Assembly (NCBI GenBank): GCA_043228905.1
Contig: JBHGNT010000002.1
Coordinates: forward strand, 2,232,001 to 2,296,000
Source: Azolla caroliniana
Lineage: Eukaryota > Plantae > Polypodiophyta
DNA length: 64,000 nt
Direction of reading: 5' to 3'
In this document: positions 60,754 to 64,000 of the stretch, one piece after another
Position numbering within the stretch: the stretch's first letter is position 1
How the letters are laid out: every line of letters starts with the position of its first letter
Translations under genes and position numbers: made by a program
Notes under the pieces: model-generated
Told to the model about the DNA's origin: nothing
What the model saw: the letters and a program-made list of their open reading frames with translations, nothing else
The model's database searches: none

Positions 60754-60820
60754 AGAGGGCTGTCAAGGCGTGGGGCCGCGACAGTCCGGACACCCCGGGA
60801 AAACCCCACACCTGTACGAT
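60744..60820 (+). promoter_or_regulatory. Putative -1 ribosomal frameshift signal (GGAUUUU plus pseudoknot)
   Basis: Also at 19441, 39691, 29583 (-), 45923 (-) and, mutated, 35091 (-); pol is in the -1 frame. Confidence 0.8.
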
Positions 60821-63800
60821 AAAACCGAAGAAACCTTGTACCATAGGTAGGGAATTTTTGTTCTCCGACAGCGGAGCGTGCACGATAGTCGGCATCGGCG
60901 GCCGAGAAAAGACAAAGGCGGAGGGGAGACTTCGAGCGTGCGGAGTTCTCGGCCCTGACGAGGAAATCAACGGAGCCGTGGAGGCGGTCTCATTCGACGA
61001 CACCTTGGGAATGCTGGGAAAGGTAGTCGAAGAAGGCCTTAACGAAGACCGGACGATACCGGTGTGTTCCGAGGAGATGTACGGAGTCATTGCGGACTTC
61101 GGTCGAGGGCTCGAGTCAGTTCGGACGGCCCACGTAAGCACCAAGTACAAGACTGTGGACCGGAAGGTAAGGCCAGTCGCGGCACCCTTACCGGAGGACA
61201 GCGCGTCGAGAATCAAAGGGGTTGCATCGGACCCGAGTCTACGAGATCCGGCCTGCATAGGACACACCTTCACCGACGAGACGCTCCGAGAGCTCAAAAT
61301 CGGTGGGGGCGGGTTCCTACTGCCGGCGGAGGAAGACCGGTTTCGGGGAATGCTCGGAAGGCACGGGAAAGCCTTCGCATTCTCGCCGGAGGAAATCGGG
61401 TGCGTTAACCCGACGATCGTGGAGCCGATGGTGATATTCACGGTACCGCATGTACCATGGAATCTCAAGCCAATCCCGGTGCCGAGAGCTCACATCCCGA
61501 AGTTGATGGAGCTGCTGAGGCAGAAAGTTGATATGGGAATTCTCGAGCCGTCGAGCGCCCCATATTCGAATCGATGGTTTACCGTACCGAAGAAAAACGG
61601 TTCGTTGCGCTTCATTCAGGACCTGCAGCCGGTCAATCGAGTGACCATTCGGAACGCAGGGATCGGACCGACCATAGACGAGTTCGCGGAGGCCTTCGCC
61701 GGAAGGTCAATTTACTCAGTCGGGGATCTATACTCAGGGTACGATCAGTTCCAGCTAGCCGTGGAGAGCAGAGACATTACGACGATGCGAACTCCCCTCG
61801 GCCTAGTTCGGATGTGTACGCTGCCGCAAGGAGGGACCAACTCGGTGGCCCACATGGTGAATGCGATGAACAAGGTTCTGAGGGACTGTATCCCGGACAT
61901 CACCATGCCGTTTCTGGACGACATCCCGATCAAGGGATGCCCGGTGGAAGAAAAGGACGAGACGATCGGGCCGGACGGATGCCGGCGGTTCGTGGCGACG
62001 CACATCGACGACTGCGAGAAGGTGCTGCAAAGGCTAGAGGATGCGAGGCTCACCTTCTCGGGGGAGAAGTCAGCATTCGGGCAGTCGGAAATCATGGTGG
62101 TCGGACATTTATGTGGACCATATGGCCGGAAACCGTCTCCGGCAAAGATAGAAGCCATCTCCGCGATGAAGCCCGACTGCAGCTCGGTCACGGAATTACG
62201 GAGATTCCTGGGGGCATGCGCGTTCTACCACATATGGATCCCGCATTACGCACACGTTGCGGAGCCACTGTACGGGTTGCTGAAAAAGGGGCGAAGGTTC
62301 GAATGGCTAGACGAGCACGCGGAATCGGTCCGGAAGCTGAAAGAGGCCCTTGCAGCGGCACCGGCACTCCGGAAGGCGGTATACGGGAAGGGTACCCCGG
62401 TATTCATAACGGTGGATACCAGTCCGACCGGGATCGGATGGGTCGTGAACCAGGAAGACGAGGACGGCAATCGGTTTCCGATCCGATTCGGCGCGAAAGT
62501 CCTCAGTGAACGGCAGCGAGGATACGCCCAGGTTAAACGCGAACTCTGGGGTATTGTTTCGGCGGTCAAGGCCGACAAAGACTACCTGATAGGGACAGAA
62601 GTGATCATCGAGACGGATTGCCTGCCGATTCTCGGTATGGTTTCCGGATGCGCGACTCCGGACCTGGCGATGCTCAGGTGGATAGCGTACATCAAGTCCC
62701 TGGACCCGGAAATACGACACATTTCCGGGAAAGACAACGCCATGGCCGACATGCTTTCGAGGGCGAGGTTCGACGACGAGGGCGGCATGGTTTCGGAAGA
62801 CGAGGAAGTCGGCGTGGATTTCTTCGAGACGGCATACATAACGACCAACGGGGTGAGCACCCCGGCGCTTAACGAGTTCGACGCGAGCAAGTACGACGGG
62901 GAGTGGCTGCAGATCGGCGGGTTTTGAAGACAATGACGCCCGATGCGTCATGGACGAAGGACGAGGCCAACCGGATCCGGAAGAGAGCATATCGGTTCCT
63001 TCTCCGAGATGGGCATTTGTGGAAGCACCCGAAGAAGAGGAACGGCGTCCCGCTCCGGGTGGTGGCGATGAAGGAAGAACGGGAGGAGCTACTGGCGGCC
63101 TACCACGACAGCCCTTGGGCTGGACACCGTGGAACGTGGGCGACGTTTGAGAAGCTGAAGGGGAAGTACTGGTGGCCGGGATTGTACCGGGACGTGCATC
63201 GGTTCGTGTCAACTTGCGAGAGTTGCCAGATGCACTCGATAGTCCGACACCGGGACGGGCTTCACCCTACGTACCCTCCGACTATCCACTTCAAATGGAT
63301 GGTAGATCTGGTGACAATGCCGATCGGGGTAGGACAGATGCGGTATCTGGTCCTAGCGCGGGAAGACCTGACGAACCAGGTGGAAGGCCGAGCCCTTCAG
63401 AACAAGACGACCGCGGCCGTGTGTCGGTTCCTGATTGAGGACGTGATATGCCGGTACGGGTGCGTCGGGAAGATCGTGGCTGACCGAGGGGAGTTGGACG
63501 CCGAGGAAGCCGCGGAGCTGTTCGATAGGCTGGGAGTCAAACTCTCGCTCACCACTGCGTACAACCCGGAGGCGAATGGAAAGGTGGAGCGCGGACATGG
63601 ACCAATCGTTAAGGCGCTGGTTCGGGCATGCGAAGGCCAAGTCGGTAACTGGCCGCGACTTCTACCTTATGCTTTGTGGGCCGACCGGACTACGCACAGT
63701 TCGGTAACCGGGTATATGCCGACAGAGCTCATGTTCGGCCAGAAGCCGATCATGCCGATGGAACGAACAATCTCCTCATGGGCAACGGTCGACTGGAGGA

Positions 63801-64000
63801 ACGAGATGAGCCGGGAGGACTTGTTGGCAGCGCGTATACGACAACTCGAACGGAGACCGGAGGACGTGGAGACGGCTGCAGAAAGGATCCGGGTGGCGAG
63901 GAAGAAGAACAAAGCCAGGTTCGACCGAACGCACCGGCTCCGACCGAAGAAAATCGAAGAAGGCGACTGGGTACTCGTCTACGATAGCAGCCTCGACAAC
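60744..64000 (+). pseudogene. pol: M pol (RT-RH-IN), 1-nt deletion near 62925
   Basis: ORF 60858-62927, then IN continues in another frame; colinear with I pol. Confidence 0.9.

Larger units (their letters stand above)
57772..64000 (+). mobile_element. Trp-primed Gypsy copy M (runs off the window end)
   Basis: 5' LTR 57772-58583; PBS 58587-58604; left flank ACGT. Confidence 0.95.

Overview
Plant-type heterochromatic DNA (probably a bryophyte, lycophyte or fern; inferred, not established) with no recognisable host gene. It is almost entirely nested LTR retrotransposons. The dominant family is a GC-rich, tRNA-Trp-primed Ty3/Gypsy group (probably Phygy-like), present as nine full, partial or solo-LTR copies labelled C, E, F, G, H, I, J, L and M; nesting is J > E > {F, G, H, I}, J > K and J > L > {solo Copia LTR, telomere-capped LTR, M}. 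Also present: an intact young Tnt1/Tork-like Copia (2782-8126), a chromovirus (K, 46052-53158), a degenerate Tat-like Gypsy (B), further Copia fragments and a probable MULE end. Main observations: (1) an LTR plus an exactly 18-nt tRNA-Arg PBS joined directly to (TTTAGGG)n and inserted with no TSD, resembling a telomerase-capped plus-strand strong-stop cDNA; (2) all eight readable insertions of the Trp family sit on a 4-bp M-C-G-K site (duplicated wherever both flanks are visible), two at the same base; (3) a conserved GGAUUUU-UAG -1 frameshift site with a covarying pseudoknot between Gag-PR and RT; (4) antisense tRNA-like A/B-box modules in the U3 of two unrelated LTR families. Coordinates were read by eye and lineage names need database confirmation.
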